NCBI GenBank assembly: GCA_030141605.1
Contig: JAQGDQ010000521.1
Coordinates: 1 to 64,000 of the forward strand
Length of the DNA stretch: 64,000 bases
From: Tubiluchus corallicola
Taxonomy: Eukaryota > Animalia > Priapulida
Direction of reading: 5' to 3'
This document shows positions 47,301-59,874 of this stretch, in pieces (positions within the stretch are counted from its first letter, which is position 1; each line of letters starts with the position of its first letter). The notes under the pieces are model-generated. The model did not search any database. It had not been told where the DNA came from and was given only the letters and a program-made list of their open reading frames with translations. The translations under genes and the position numbers were made by a program.

Positions 47301-50300
47301 TGTCAAGTATTTTACCGTCTATAAATGTCGAAAACACATTTTATTGATTTTGTTTTATCACTTTTCAAATGATTTAATATTTTTATGTAATTTGGTATGT
47401 AGCTTTAGGACACTGAGTGCTCTTGGCTTTGGTTTTGTATTGTTACAATGACCAGCCATTTTTGACATTTTGGTGATCTTTGAATATCCAGATAAAAATA
47501 CCTAGTGTGTAGGAAAATGATTTTATTTTTCCATTTGTTATATTTGTGTAAGATCACTTTAGTTTTATAGCATTTAGGAGCCCATTCTATATAAACAAAT
47601 ATAGTTCCTTTTCTAGAGTACTATTCTTACTATTCATTTCAATTGAACTTTGCTTCCAATACTTGCTTTTGTATTAGCAAATATTTGATAGACATGCAAA
47701 GTGCACTTGTCTAATTGCTGTTTGTTATTATTGTTGCAGCCTTCCCCCGCAACCCGACGGAAACTCTTAGCTAGGATAAATGTTGATATGTATGAGAGTT
47801 CGGGGGCCTCACTAACAGCTGATGCAGTGCCGGGTGGTAGTGCTGAATCAGCTACTGGAACTGTACCTGTAAGTGAATTAATTGTGAATATGGTTGTCAG
47901 ATGTGATCTTGTGATGTGACGTCTTTGATGCACTCAATGCATTTTTTCCGATTTTCTGACTACTACTGTTTATATATACTTTGTAATTTCATACTAGCAC
48001 ATTTCTTGGTTTAGAGTTACTACTACTAAACTTGCAAAAATTTAATGTATGCATTAGGGCGTTAGCTCAGTAAGTGAAAGTTTCTAGCTCAAATCCAGAC
48101 TTTGCCAAACTTTTCATATTTTCTTAATACGTTTGTTTCAGACTCTTTTAGTTTCAAAAGCTAATAACTGGGCGGTTCATTCCATCTTTTTGTTTCTTGT
48201 GCCTGGCTATATGATTGAAAGAATACCGATAATGAGTTAAACATCTTAAATGTTTAGTAGCAAGCACCTAGCATTTGTATTCAGTTCTTAATGCAGACTT
48301 AACTTTCTCTAAATAATTAGAACTGCTTAATAATGTTGGGAAAGATTTTGGACATTACTATGATGATAATTATACATTTAGTGATCGGCTAGCACATGGA
48401 CTGTATTGGATGATGAATTGAAATTAATTATGCTACTATCGCTTTGATTAATTAATTAATAAACTATTTATTTATATTGTTACCATTATACTAGCTTGTC
48501 AATGTATTGCATTCTGATATGCAAATAAAAATGAAATATATAACATAAGTCTTAGTAAATAATAATACTAAATCACCTAGCCATATAAATGTAAACTGAA
48601 AATAGGTGAAAGCATTTACTTGAAGTGGTTTTTCTCGTAAAACTTTTTTACAGTGACACTTTTCGTTACTATTCTTTTAGTGTGAATGCGCTTTAGACAC
48701 TATCACAATACTGCATAGATTTAGATTAGGGAAGTTAACAAAAACAAGCTTTTGTTACAGGTAAATGGCAAGCGTAGTTTGAAAGGAACCTCAGATAATC
48801 TTGCCGATACTATACCGGAAGAGCTACCTTCAGATGACGGAAGTTCAGGTATGTAAAACTGTAATCATTCATTTTGCTTGGACCATATTCAAGCAGGGAT
48901 GAACCAATCTGTCCTTTTTGTCCATTTTTTGCCCAAAAAAATGGCTAGTTCTCATATCAAGATAGACCTGGTCAGGCTATTCTTTATGAATGTGGAGGGG
49001 AGAGGTCAAAGATCAGAATCATTATTTTTGCTTTTGTTTTTGTGGTTGTTTACAACCATTGTTTACAGCCTATGTAAAATTATCTGCTGCTTGTGTCGTC
49101 ATATACAGTGAGAATATCTGCTTTAAAGTTTTCTTTGTATGCTGTATGTAAGTACGGAATTAAAGGATCAGTAAATCAGTATCACAGTGTAAAAAGGTAC
49201 CATTTATTGGTTTATAGTGAAGACCTTGAGACCATGACACATATTATATATAAGTCTGTTGTGGATTTTGCGGTGTGGTTTGGTTTTGTACATGTAAATG
49301 CATTAGCTGCAAATACATTCCTTGTTTTTTTTTGTTTTATGCAAATTGACGCGTTGTTTATGCATGAAGGCTTGATTTTACCCAAGTATTTTAACATCTA
49401 ACAATGGTAATAAGCACTGAGTGTTTGTCTAAGGCTTTAAAATAAGAATTTTATGCAACAGGATATAGCGAAGAGTCAGACACCGAGAAACGGATAAGAG
49501 ATGTCGAGGCAGAGTTTGCTAAACCTTCGCCTTCGCCACGAAAACAGCGATTTCAGGTAGGGCCTATTATAAGGAAACTATTTTTAAATCAAGATGACAA
49601 ATGTGATTGGTTTACAGTAGATTCATTTCTGTGTACAAAACAGGATCCTTGCGCCTAAGTATAAGTACTGGTATGGGAAATGGTGTGAGAATTGTTTTTA
49701 CAACTGAAAAATTTCTGGCGTGGCAGTTTGCCCAAAAGTTGAGGTTAGTCCTTGCTCCAACATTTGTATTGCATGTCAGACTAGTGTAAAGTTTGGTTGT
49801 TTTGAGTCTTCCTACAATATTTGAGATTGTGTATAAGATTTCCTACAATATTTGAAAGAAGCTTTATATAGGCCAAACAAAAGCATTATGCGCTCACATA
49901 TTTATGAGCGCGTTAGAGAAAACTCTTTTGTAGTAATTTATAAGAAGTTTTCATCACATTTAAACTTCAGAATTTCTTAAATTATCTTATTCGTGTCCTA
50001 TCAAACTTATGAAAGTTGTCAAAATGTTTTTGATAATATATTATTATTGTACGGTATTAAAGCTATTGAAGCAGTTCTTCTTTTTTCTTTGTTGTTTATG
50101 ATATTAGCTACTGTGTGTGTGTGTTGTCTCAGAACTTAAAGACATTCAATCAACGAACTTTTTACCTAAGAAATTCCTAGAAACAGTATAAAAATTACAT
50201 CAACAAACTTATTTGTAAATCTATTAAGAAACCAGGTAAAGTAACTGGTTACTTGAACATTTTGTCACATTTCATCATTGCAAGTGTGGAGAACATCAAG

Positions 50301-53300
50301 TTGTTATAGTTTCATACACTTTATTGTAACATTTTTGGTTTAAACTTGATTCTAGCTAATGATGTCAAAAATAACTTACTATCTGTTAACATGTTTTTGT
50401 GCTTACAAATTAGCTGAGCCCTGCACATCAGACGTTTGAATATGCGCCATTATTCTTTTTCTAAATTTTCGTAATTTTCTAAGTAAAGATACTAATATGA
50501 AGCTGTTATGCTTGCTGGTTTTTGTAGATGTGATTTACTGTCTGCACTAACCGTATAGCAATAATATTGCTTTCTTTGATAAAATTCTGCTGAGCATGTA
50601 TGTATATGTTGAATTAGTAGCTTTGTTCATCAATCATTCATCATATTGCATTAAGATTAAGAGAAAACGGATTGTTGTTACTATGCACATACATAAACTG
50701 AAAATAATGTATAAATTTAAATGGTGAAACTTATTTTTATTTAGAAAAGGCAAGTATTGTTTTTTCGACGAAGACCACTACACTAAACCGTCTGGTCAAT
50801 ATTATTATTATTATATTATTATTACCACCATGCTTGCTGTGCAAAACATGTTATTGCTTTATTTACTGACGTTTCACTCAAAATCACATTCTGTGGAAAA
50901 GTACTTTACATTATTTATATATTATAGGGTTCTGATCAGATAGCTATAGCTATTTCTCACCTCACTCTCAGCCCGGATGCAGCTGTATGCCACGATACAT
51001 CCGTACAACGACTGTTTGTCGCATTCCAGTTTCTAGGTTTTCCACCAGAGGAACTAGAGACACCATTCAGCTTACCAAAACCCGAGCCAGGAAAATCCAT
51101 ATCATTTAATTTCAGGAAAGGTGAGTTGAGATTTTTTGGTTTATACTGTAATATAGCATATTTTATACTGTAATTATTCACATTCTTGACTAGTGTTTGT
51201 GTAAGCATAGCATTTATAAACCTCAAAGTCACAACTTTAGCTGGGTGGAAATACTTTTGTTGTATACCATATTTACTCCTTTTAGTGCCTATGCTTAATT
51301 AAAGGCCTGTCTCAATAAGCGCTTGAGGAAACAGAATGAAGAAATAATAAGCATTTGATATAATGAAAAATCTGCATCAGTCTCAGCTCATGTACAAAAC
51401 TTTACTGTAAAGCTTGCTTATTTTGCAGTCACATTAACACTAGCATGCAGCATAGATTTATTGTATATTCTTTCAAATTGGCACTGTTTTGCTATGGATA
51501 CCCGGCATACATAAGGAGTAAAGACGTTTGAGGTCTTCAAAGTAACAAAGCGTCAATGCTTGAATAAGGGCCCACTAATGGTTGAAAAAATAAGGTGCGG
51601 GTTCTAAAACAAGTAAATACGGTACTTCATTTTTGCAAAAATTATACAATATTGTGTAGGACTAGGGGAGTTCCTGAAAATTACCCTAAATTAAGCAACA
51701 CTTGGCTAGTCAGTGAAGGATGTGTGACTGTCTGGTTTAGTACTTGCTCTGGGTGGTTTCATTCTTCATATTGATTCAGGCTGTTTACCTTCGAGAGAGG
51801 AAGAACTCGCTTCCTCTGTGGTTCATTGTCTCTTCTTGGTGGGCTTAGCCTTATTACTGAACAAAGTTCCTGTCTTACCACGACAATTCATATCCACCCT
51901 TACCTACCATTGAGTGCTGGATTCCAGTGGCTGAGTGCCGAACTGTATAAAAAAAGCGTTTTTAGCCATTTACAGTACACGACTGGTTTTTTTTTTAGCA
52001 AGCAATTTTTAACAGTTGCACTGTGCTGGTTTGTAAAATCACTACTGCCCGTGCACTGGCCAGCAATGACCTTATGGTAATTCCACTTATGTGTGTTAAT
52101 TGTTGCTGGTTGCTCTCTCTTTCGAGATTATAAAACTAATTAATGTTAAATATAGCTGCTGCAAACAAGTGCTATCTTTGTCGTTGATAATCATTTAATT
52201 CATTCCTTAAGTGAAGCTTTTCAGCAATTAATTACTGTCCTAGAAACTAGTGATGAAATTTCAGTATATAAACGACAATTATTTACAACTGTGTCATGGC
52301 CATGACTGTTAACCACCACACCAACAAGTCACTTAACTTGGGTAAATATTCTTGTTTATTCTACACCCAAGAAGAATTATATTTTTAGCCTTGAACAGAG
52401 GTATGTTAAACTACCAATTTTGTTTAGAAGTAATTGTGCACAGGCTAATAGCACTGTTTTGTACATAGCTAGAGTTTAATGAGTGAATTATATGCAGTTA
52501 AATGTCTTCATGTGACCACCATTTTAACAGATCTCGAGAAAAGAGCATTCAGTATTGTTCCCAAAATATAAAGTTTTTAGAAATGAAAACTTTGCAGAAA
52601 AGTTAAAATAACAAAAGAGGTGATCGAGTGAAGTTTATTAAACCTTTATGATTCAAACTTTTTTCCCCCACTTAATATTAATGAGTCTAAAATTCATACT
52701 TTTTTTGCATAGTAACTCACTTTTCAGTCACTATCAAAATAGATCCACTTTTGATATAATTCAGGATTGTATAAAAGCTACAAACTGATTCAGTGAATGC
52801 TGTTATGTCAATCATAGCATCGCAGTTGAAAGCATATTATAAGTGTGTCTACTTGTATTATAACATTTATTCATGACCTAAGGTATGACAATGCATTTTT
52901 TGTGCACTAAGACTGTGGAAATAAACAATGTTTAAATAAAAGACAGATTACCCAAATACAACATTATTGCATGGAGATCCCTAGCAAAACCCCCTTGTTA
53001 AATTAGTGATATAATTGCTAGTAAATTTTTATTATTAAAATATTATACAGCACATTTAAAAATTGAACACCCAGTATGGGATAAGTAATGTACACAAATA
53101 CAAAAAATGTTTGCATTCTAGGATGAAAAGATAAAATTTGTCTAAAAACTGTCCGCATTGGTTATATTGTAATTATTGTCAGTGAAGGAATGAATTTTAG
53201 ACGAAACTGGTTAGGCCTTGTTGTAATGGCCAATATTGTTAAATTTTTGACAGCTTTTACTACACTGCAGCCATTTTGTGATAGCAACTTGATTTAAGAT

Positions 53301-56300
53301 GCATTTTTGCTGCAATAGAAAAGGTACAATACCATTGCTTTCAACTTTATTATCAGTTAAGTCTGACAAGTGTTGTTACGCATGAGGGTAGCTCACATCA
53401 ACGTATCCAAGCAGTGGTTGTTCTTTTCGGTATCTGTACAGTGTTCTTGGTACATAATATTCATGGCCTTCCCTGTAACATAACAAAATAATTATTACCC
53501 TACAGTGAACCTTTGACATTCACAGAAATATGACAAAATTTGCTATGGAAATAACGTGTCCCTTAAGAAGGATGATCGCAGATCTAGGATTGATATTCTT
53601 AGAAAGATATTAGATGCAATTGCCTTCCTTATTGATGTCATCATATAGCCGTGCATACTAAATGACATTAAATGACCCGCGTGACCCAATTTAGCTATAA
53701 TTTGCTTGTACAAGGAATTAATTTGCAGAATAAGGCTCGGTTGTTGGATATATTTTTACAGTTTTATTGTATTTTGTCCCATTAATTCGTTTCTAGGAAT
53801 TGCGCCAAATAGTCAGGTTTCCATTATTATGTATCAGTCAACGTAACGCAGACAGTGAGGATTAGCAAATGATAATTTGTCATTGCCAGGGATTCTTGTT
53901 AGTTTTTTCTACCGTGCAGCCTCTCGCTGTTTATATAGACAGGAAATACAATCCAATGTGACTGAGAAACTTCTGCCTTTTCACTGTCTCATTTTAGATT
54001 GTTATCCTTCATAATGAAATGGATTCTGGTAGAATCACAACCATCAACTCCATAAGTGAATGTTGAGTACTAGATATCAGCTTGCTGTGTTGTTAACTGT
54101 ATAGCAAAGGATCCAATAAACCAGTCAGCCAACTACTTAATGAGCTAATCAAACAACAAAACATCTTTTTACCTACCAATCAACCAACTATTATCAGCTA
54201 ACCAGTAATTAAATATACCAACAACTGCCATTAACTCATTTCAGACCCACTAAATAAGCACTCAAATGAACTTAGCTAGTATGTCAACCAATAAATTAAT
54301 TTATCAGTCCTGGATGTTAAGAACATTATACTGTAATAACAATCCAAGTTATTTTAGTATCTTTGCAGTTTATAGGTGCTGCAAGTTGTCTATGGTTTCG
54401 CCACAATAGTCGTTAAATTATAAACCATCACTGACTCGAGTTTTCATAGAGAAAAGTCGTGCAACCTGTGTTCAGTTAGTCTGGCTTATCTTTTGTGTTT
54501 AATATCATTCATAACAATAATTCAAGTACTAATTCTAATTAGCCAACCTGGTCTGTTTAGATTAGCCATTTATCTACTGTTTCTTATTGACCCAATTAGC
54601 TAACGTTTGTTTGCACAATAAGCAATTCTCCAGAACTAAATGTCTAACAATGAAGCATGTTTGGTTAGCTGTGTGAGATAATTGTTTCGTTTATTCCTCT
54701 TGTGAATTTTCACTAATGTAGCTTCGAAGGCTGCGAAAACGGCACAGTAATGTGGTGCAATATTAAATATGCGAGAATTACAGTGAATTCGCAGGAATAC
54801 AAATCAAATTGGCAGATTGGTTGAACTTTGGCTGACCCACTACAGGGGTATTAGTCAGAAAAAATTGCAAACCTGATACATCTCAAGCACTTCTTGGGAG
54901 AATAGCATAAATAAATAATCAACAAAAATGAATGCTAAAACATTTAGCCAGGAATTGAATAAATTGAGAAATTTGATCTGTGAAAAAACCAATGAAAGGG
55001 CTGGACGAATTTTGTGAATTCTCATAATTTTATGAATTGCTTGATACACTATTAAGGAATATGCTGAAAAATTTATAGTTTCTCTGTTTAGTTGGTTTGC
55101 AATTTCCACTTTTCATATATATTCTAGTTCAACAAAGGCTTTGTACTGAAAAAAAATTTATAATTGTATCTAGTCCAGATACATTATGATGCCATATCCC
55201 CACTATACATATGTGCCAAAACTGTGACACTTTGAGAAAAATCTTCAAAAAATGAATGTCACTTCTAGCTATAGATGTGTCCAATACATTTTCAGGTCTA
55301 ACAAGGCAGATAATATGTGTCCCAAAGATGTATCTCTGCAACTGAGACAGAATCTGACACCATAATGTTATAGGGATTTCGAGCGTAATGACTTGATGAA
55401 CCTTGATATATGTCTTGTAAAAGTGTCTTTAAAAATGCATTCTCAAACAAGAATTTCAAATGCCAAGATGGTGTACCCATTCAAGTAGCTTGATTCATCA
55501 TATTACACTTTTCATTATGGTACCGTGGTTATAGCCATGTTTACTTATTAAAAAGGGAAGTATGTTAAAGTGATATGTTTTGTAAATTTATTTTTCTGCT
55601 TTACAAAAGAAAAATTGACTCACTTAAATTCATATTCATATCCTTGAGTTTTTTCTGCAATTTCTTCTGCTTCCGCTGTATCAGTGGCATGCAGACTCCC
55701 ATATGATTCGCCACTTCTTTCAAAAGAATTGCTGCTGCTTCTCTGTCCTTCTCCCTCTATTACTCCTCTACTAACTGGACCGAAAGTTGTGACGTGGAAT
55801 TCTCCTTTCTTCGGAATTGGCTTTGCTCCTGTTACATGTGCTCTTTGAGTTATGTCTGGGGATACAGGTTGTTGATGTTCAGGCAAGTAAACTGGTTTTG
55901 TAGGAGGCAGTGGCTGAGGATAGTGCACTGGTTGAGCTTCTAGAATTGGTTGTGGTATGTATACTGAGTTATCTTCTAAAAGCGTTTGAGGTTGGTGAGC
56001 TGGATTAATTGTTGGAATTGATTGAGGTTCATTTATTGGTAGAGGATGATGCACTGGGTTAGCATCAATAACTGCTGCACTGTGTTCAGGTTGGTAAGCC
56101 CTTGCCAAATGTATGTCATTTTTGTCGTATGGTAGCAGCAATTTTTCTGATTGATGTCCAGCTCTTTGGCCATCGTATCCTGTTTCAATTAATTTCACAT
56201 TGTTGGTTGGTCTTTTGTGAAGAATTTCTGAATCACTGGTGTGTCCTTCATAAAGGTAGCCGTACGGTGCTGCCACCATCATGTCATCCATGGATAGTAT

Positions 56301-59300
56301 CCGGACACCGCCTGGAAGGCTGTGATAAACTGAGGTTTTTACAACCTTGCCTTCCTGAATTTCATTCACTGTGTCATATCTCGGCATCATCAAGTAGTCC
56401 GGTACATAATCTCTGCGTTCTGGATGTTCCGGATAAGTTTCTTCGTAAAGGACCATGCAATTTGTTATACAAAAAATAGCTGCAAGAATAAAGCCACTTT
56501 TTCTTGACATTTTTTAAATTTCTGTGTGGCTTCGAAGTAGTCGTCTGGAGTCTATTTAGAATGTATTTTCCCAAGGTAAGATGGTTCAATGCCAAATTTC
56601 TTCAGCAATAGCCTGCAATTTATTTAAAAAAATTGTAAATAATTAACCAGTAAAATAGAATAGACAATGTACTTCGTGTACTATTTTTATATGTGTAAAA
56701 TAGATTAACATCAATATGAGGAAAAAACATCTTGTTGCTTATGTGATAAGGACTCAGCACGATTAATATAGAAGCGCATTGAATTAATTCATGAATTTGT
56801 GATACAGTTTTGTGTTTTTTAATCAAACAACTAACAAAACTTTTTTAATGTTGAAATTGATAATATCTTGCACACTAGCAACATTTTAAAGCTTTGGAAA
56901 AAATTGTAGTTTGATAGCAGTATTGCTAATTATGTCTGCTTTTACTAGTTTTAGTAGACATATTCAGCACAATAGTACATGTATACAAAAAACTCACTTA
57001 TATTAAAATCACTCACCTCTGCTTTTACCTTTCCAAATCATCACACCAGTTGCTTCACTGGCAGAACACGATCTGTTGTCAACTAGCTGCCAGCTAAAGG
57101 TAATTGTTACACAAACATGGTATTGTTTAGGAAATTTCACTTTCAAGCACATAACTAGGCCAGTCTATTAAATTGTTTACTCAGCAGTTTCTATCTATTG
57201 GTAGTCAGCCACCAGGAAAATTACCCTTAGATGCTTGAAAATTTATTCCAGCATGCAACAAATTGAATTTTTGTTATTTGTTAAGTTTTTCTGTAGATTG
57301 TCCGCATGTGTAAAATTAAGTTAATTTTGGTATCCATGGTAACTTTGCTTAAAAAGGCTTAGTTGAAGTTATTCTTGTAAATTACTTTCTGTAACTAGCG
57401 CGTGGCATGACACTATCATTAATTTCTAACCTTATATATCAAGGTTAGATAATTAACTATTAATAATTTTTTATTTGTACATGTAAACTTATACTTGAAC
57501 AATGTTTAATCTCAAAGCATTTTCACAAATTATAGTTATTACAAGAACAGATTCCATCTTGTGTTAACTAATTTTTAAGGATTTTTGTTGGATTTGAATC
57601 CGTCACCCCTGTCAGCAAGTGACACTTCTCTGTCCGCTGCGCCACTCAGACTCTGAGAATAGTGTCAGTTATTCTTGCCGCTGATCGTATTTAATGCTAT
57701 TTTTATTTTATTTCAGTTTTTTATGTCGACAGAGGAACTAACTTTGAGAAGAGGAAGCTCCTGGCTAATATGTTACTACCTGGGCCTCCTGAAGATAGCA
57801 AGTGAGTCGTGTCTCTTAATTCATAATTTCTTAATTTAATTAATGAATTAATGTTTTTGCTTTCCAAGAAAAATTACAGTCAATGTACTGCAGAAAAATT
57901 TCTACCTTAGTTATTATTAACCTTTTGATAGCCAGGCAAGCACTCATGTAAATTATAAGTGAACCCTTAGTAATGTTAATTGTTGTCACTAATTAAGAGG
58001 ATCTCGTTTAGTTCGTATCCTTAGTTACATTAATGGCCCTGTATTTTCATTTGTTGGAAAGTGTTATCGCTAAAATCGGTAAATTTGCCAAACACTGGCA
58101 TTTCGATACTGAATTACGTAATAGTAGGTAGTTACTGTTTTTGTTTTTTTTTGGTGTTGTATGGTATTTTTAAGGACATTTATTTTTTATTTGAGATTCT
58201 CGGCTTTATTTGGGTGTTTTCAGCCAACTTCGATAAACTACATGACAGAACATTAGAGAAATATGTGATTGTCGTAAGTCATGCGCTAAAAGTGCTCATG
58301 ACTCCTCTAAAGTAATAGAATGATATTTTTGTTACTATTTGTGAGGGAAACTATTATGCATTTTTGCAAATGATCTTAGCATCGTTTTTCAAAAGCTCTA
58401 GCTATGACTATTGGATTGTGAAACGTTGATGGCGAAAACGCTGATGACACATTAAAGGCAGGAATTATCGGTGCTGAAAAATTATTTCTGTACATAATAG
58501 CTGACTAGTTAAGCATTATGATCCACAAAAGTTAAGCAAGACTGAGCTTGGTCAATAAATGAATGGGTAACTGCTGGACGCTGTACTAGTCGTGGACAGT
58601 TTCATTTATCATATTGATTCGGCTATTCTGGTTATTTCTCTAACTGAATATATATATATAACTGTTGTTAAGACACCTCTGCTATTTCAGAGTCCCACGT
58701 TAGGGGATTAGCCTTTATAATAAGCCAGATTCCAGTCTTGCTACAAACATCCAGATTAAGCATTCTCTGCTTTTATTCCTGGATCCTGCTTTGCAGTGTT
58801 TCAAGCAGTATAAAATATAGATCATTCCGTAGCGTAAGGTGTCTCAAGTGAACGTAAATTACATGTGAGCTATAAATGTACCTGCAGGACAGTTACAATT
58901 TAATAAGAAATGATAGTAGTTATTCTAGTTTTTCTAGTTATTTTATCAGATTTAGATTCATATTTTATATTTTGTCTTCAGGTTAACTTTTAGCATTGTT
59001 AGCGAACCTCCAGATGATAATCATAGTGCTGACTGTGAAGATATTGGCTACGCCAGCATAGATGTCCGTCAGGTAAAATGACTCACTTTGCATCAACCAT
59101 GTTTGTTTTATTCTGAGAGTGTAATGCATGCATTTATTCTTCTGCTACCGACTCAATGGAAATTGTGGCAAATCTAAAACTGCGGACTTCTTATTTACAC
59201 ACTATTGTAGTATGACATAACCCATAATGACCCCAATTTAATAATTTCGAATTAAGTGCTCAGAAATATTATATTAATTTAACAATAATTTTGTTTAATA

Positions 59301-59680
59301 ATTTCGGTAAGCTAACGAAGCTTGATAGTGGTCATACAGGTGAAATGATATACTTTTGAATTGTTATTATGTGGTCATTGAAGTTACTTTTTTTTATTTT
59401 TACATTACCCAGATTATTGTTTTATAAACTGAGATCACAGACTCGCTTGTTCCTTATATCCATTTTCATTTTGTTTCATGAAATGGTCTCCTAACTACTA
59501 GACCAAAATTTTTGGCAAAAGTTACGATAGCTTAAAATCTAACACACTGTGAACTATTATACAAGTATATATTTTTGTTGTATGTCTAATTTCAAGAGAC
59601 TAATGGTTACTTCATTGTTCGTTTCTTGTGCATTCAGATGCTGCAAAGAAATTCAGATTTCATTGACAAAGACATATCAA
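29365..59680 (+). CDS. RPGRIP1L: RPGRIP1-like protein (fantom / NPHP8 / MKS5), ciliary transition-zone protein; 31 exons, partial at both ends
   Basis: join(29365-29509,30260-30422,31707-31787,32176-32321,32542-32614,33131-33201,33477-33582,33952-34098,34913-35126,35509-35615,35957-36074,36983-37101,37708-37809,38122-38190,38506-38583,38681-38796,40307-40376,41747-41876,41975-42069,42572-42731,43156-43310,44559-44684,45259-45351,46692-47222,47740-47868,48761-48848,49462-49556,50928-51120,57717-57801,58982-59072,59638-59680). All GT-AG, phase-consistent, 3939 nt. Motifs matching human RPGRIP1L: [112 protein letters not shown] (coiled coils, two C2 domains, C-terminal RID C2). Confidence 0.95.
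34670..34839 (+). mobile_element. 5' fragment of the same Helitron as 8601-9464
   Basis: A|TCTATC...TAAGATTCGAGGCTGCAGCCCGGACGAGGGCACCATT...GAATCGGGCCCACCGGGAGG is the reverse complement of ~9240-9464, with a short TA tract. Confidence 0.85.
39542..39934. mobile_element. Degenerate Harbinger-like MITE related to the 20233 element
   Basis: Right end AGAAAATGCCAGTCTGAACGTGCCGTTA resembles the end of the 90-bp unit (AGTCTGAACGCACCGTTA). The left end is a weak inverted match. Confidence 0.4.
45642..46168 (-). mobile_element. Internally deleted pogo/Tc2-type transposon retaining the transposase N-terminus
   Basis: TA TSDs at 45640-41 and 46169-70. Perfect 23-bp TIR CCGTATATACTCGCATATAAGCC. Minus-strand [35 protein letters not shown] from 45848 resembles the Brinker-type DNA-binding HTH of pogo transposases. 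Confidence 0.92.
51267..51622. mobile_element. Degenerate pogo-like MITE
   Basis: TA|CCATATTTACTC...AAGTAAATACGG|TA, with internal AATAAGCGC-type subterminal motifs. Confidence 0.55.
53211..53309 (-). CDS. Probable terminal exon of the nested gene ([32 protein letters not shown])
   Basis: ccttttctattgcag acceptor after an 87-bp intron, phase 0, open to TAA. AATAAA follows on the minus strand at 53033-53028. Confidence 0.55.
   Translation of the reverse strand, partial: QKCILNQVAITKWLQCSKSCQKFNNIGHYNKA
53397..53472 (-). CDS. Probable second coding exon of the nested gene ([25 protein letters not shown])
   Basis: tatttttgttatgttacag acceptor and GTGAGC donor. The exon is open in phase 2 to 0, matching the phase-2 donor at 55623. 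Confidence 0.6.
55620..56510 (-). CDS. Main coding exon of a nested antisense gene: uncharacterised secreted Pro/Tyr/His/Glu-rich protein
   Basis: 296-codon non-repeat ORF in AT-rich intron DNA. ATG in AAAAATGT context, signal-peptide-like [18 protein letters not shown], degenerate PVHxPQP repeats. An upstream acceptor (ttgcag at 56613) pairs with a GTGAGT donor at 57016. Confidence 0.85.
   Translation of the reverse strand: MSRKSGFILAAIFCITNCMVLYEETYPEHPERRDYVPDYLMMPRYDTVNEIQEGKVVKTSVYHSLPGGVRILSMDDMMVAAPYGYLYEGHTSDSEILHKRPTNNVKLIETGYDGQRAGHQSEKLLLPYDKNDIHLARAYQPEHSAAVIDANPVHHPLPINEPQSIPTINPAHQPQTLLEDNSVYIPQPILEAQPVHYPQPLPPTKPVYLPEHQQPVSPDITQRAHVTGAKPIPKKGEFHVTTFGPVSRGVIEGEGQRSSSNSFERSGESYGSLHATDTAEAEEIAEKTQGYEYEFK
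57330..57343. promoter_or_regulatory. RFX X-box motif GTATCCATGGTAAC
   Basis: Exact match to the X-box consensus GTHNYYATRRNAAC, ~310 bp upstream (minus strand) of the nested gene's 5'-UTR donor. Confidence 0.55.
57590..57653 (-). mobile_element. tRNA-derived SINE-like head
   Basis: Minus strand shows A-box-like TGGCGCAGCGG and B-box-like GGATTCAAATCC with tRNA-like spacing, but no cloverleaf. Confidence 0.5.
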
Positions 59681-59874
59681 GTAAGAAATAACTTTATCTT
59701 ATGTTCACTTATTTGCATTTTGTATATTTCTGCCATCGAAGGTTTAATTTATACATGTATCATATTTGCGAAATGTAGAGAAGAAATAGATGCGTTCTTT
59801 ATTATTGTACATCAAAGAATTGATATTTAACTTTATTTAATGTGTAAGTTTAGCAGGTCTCTCCCTAATAGGTA

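Noticed and set aside
57419-57457. AT-rich hairpin TCTAACCTT...AAGGTTAGA near the X-box
   Set aside because: Too short and too AT-rich to support a miRNA or structured RNA call.
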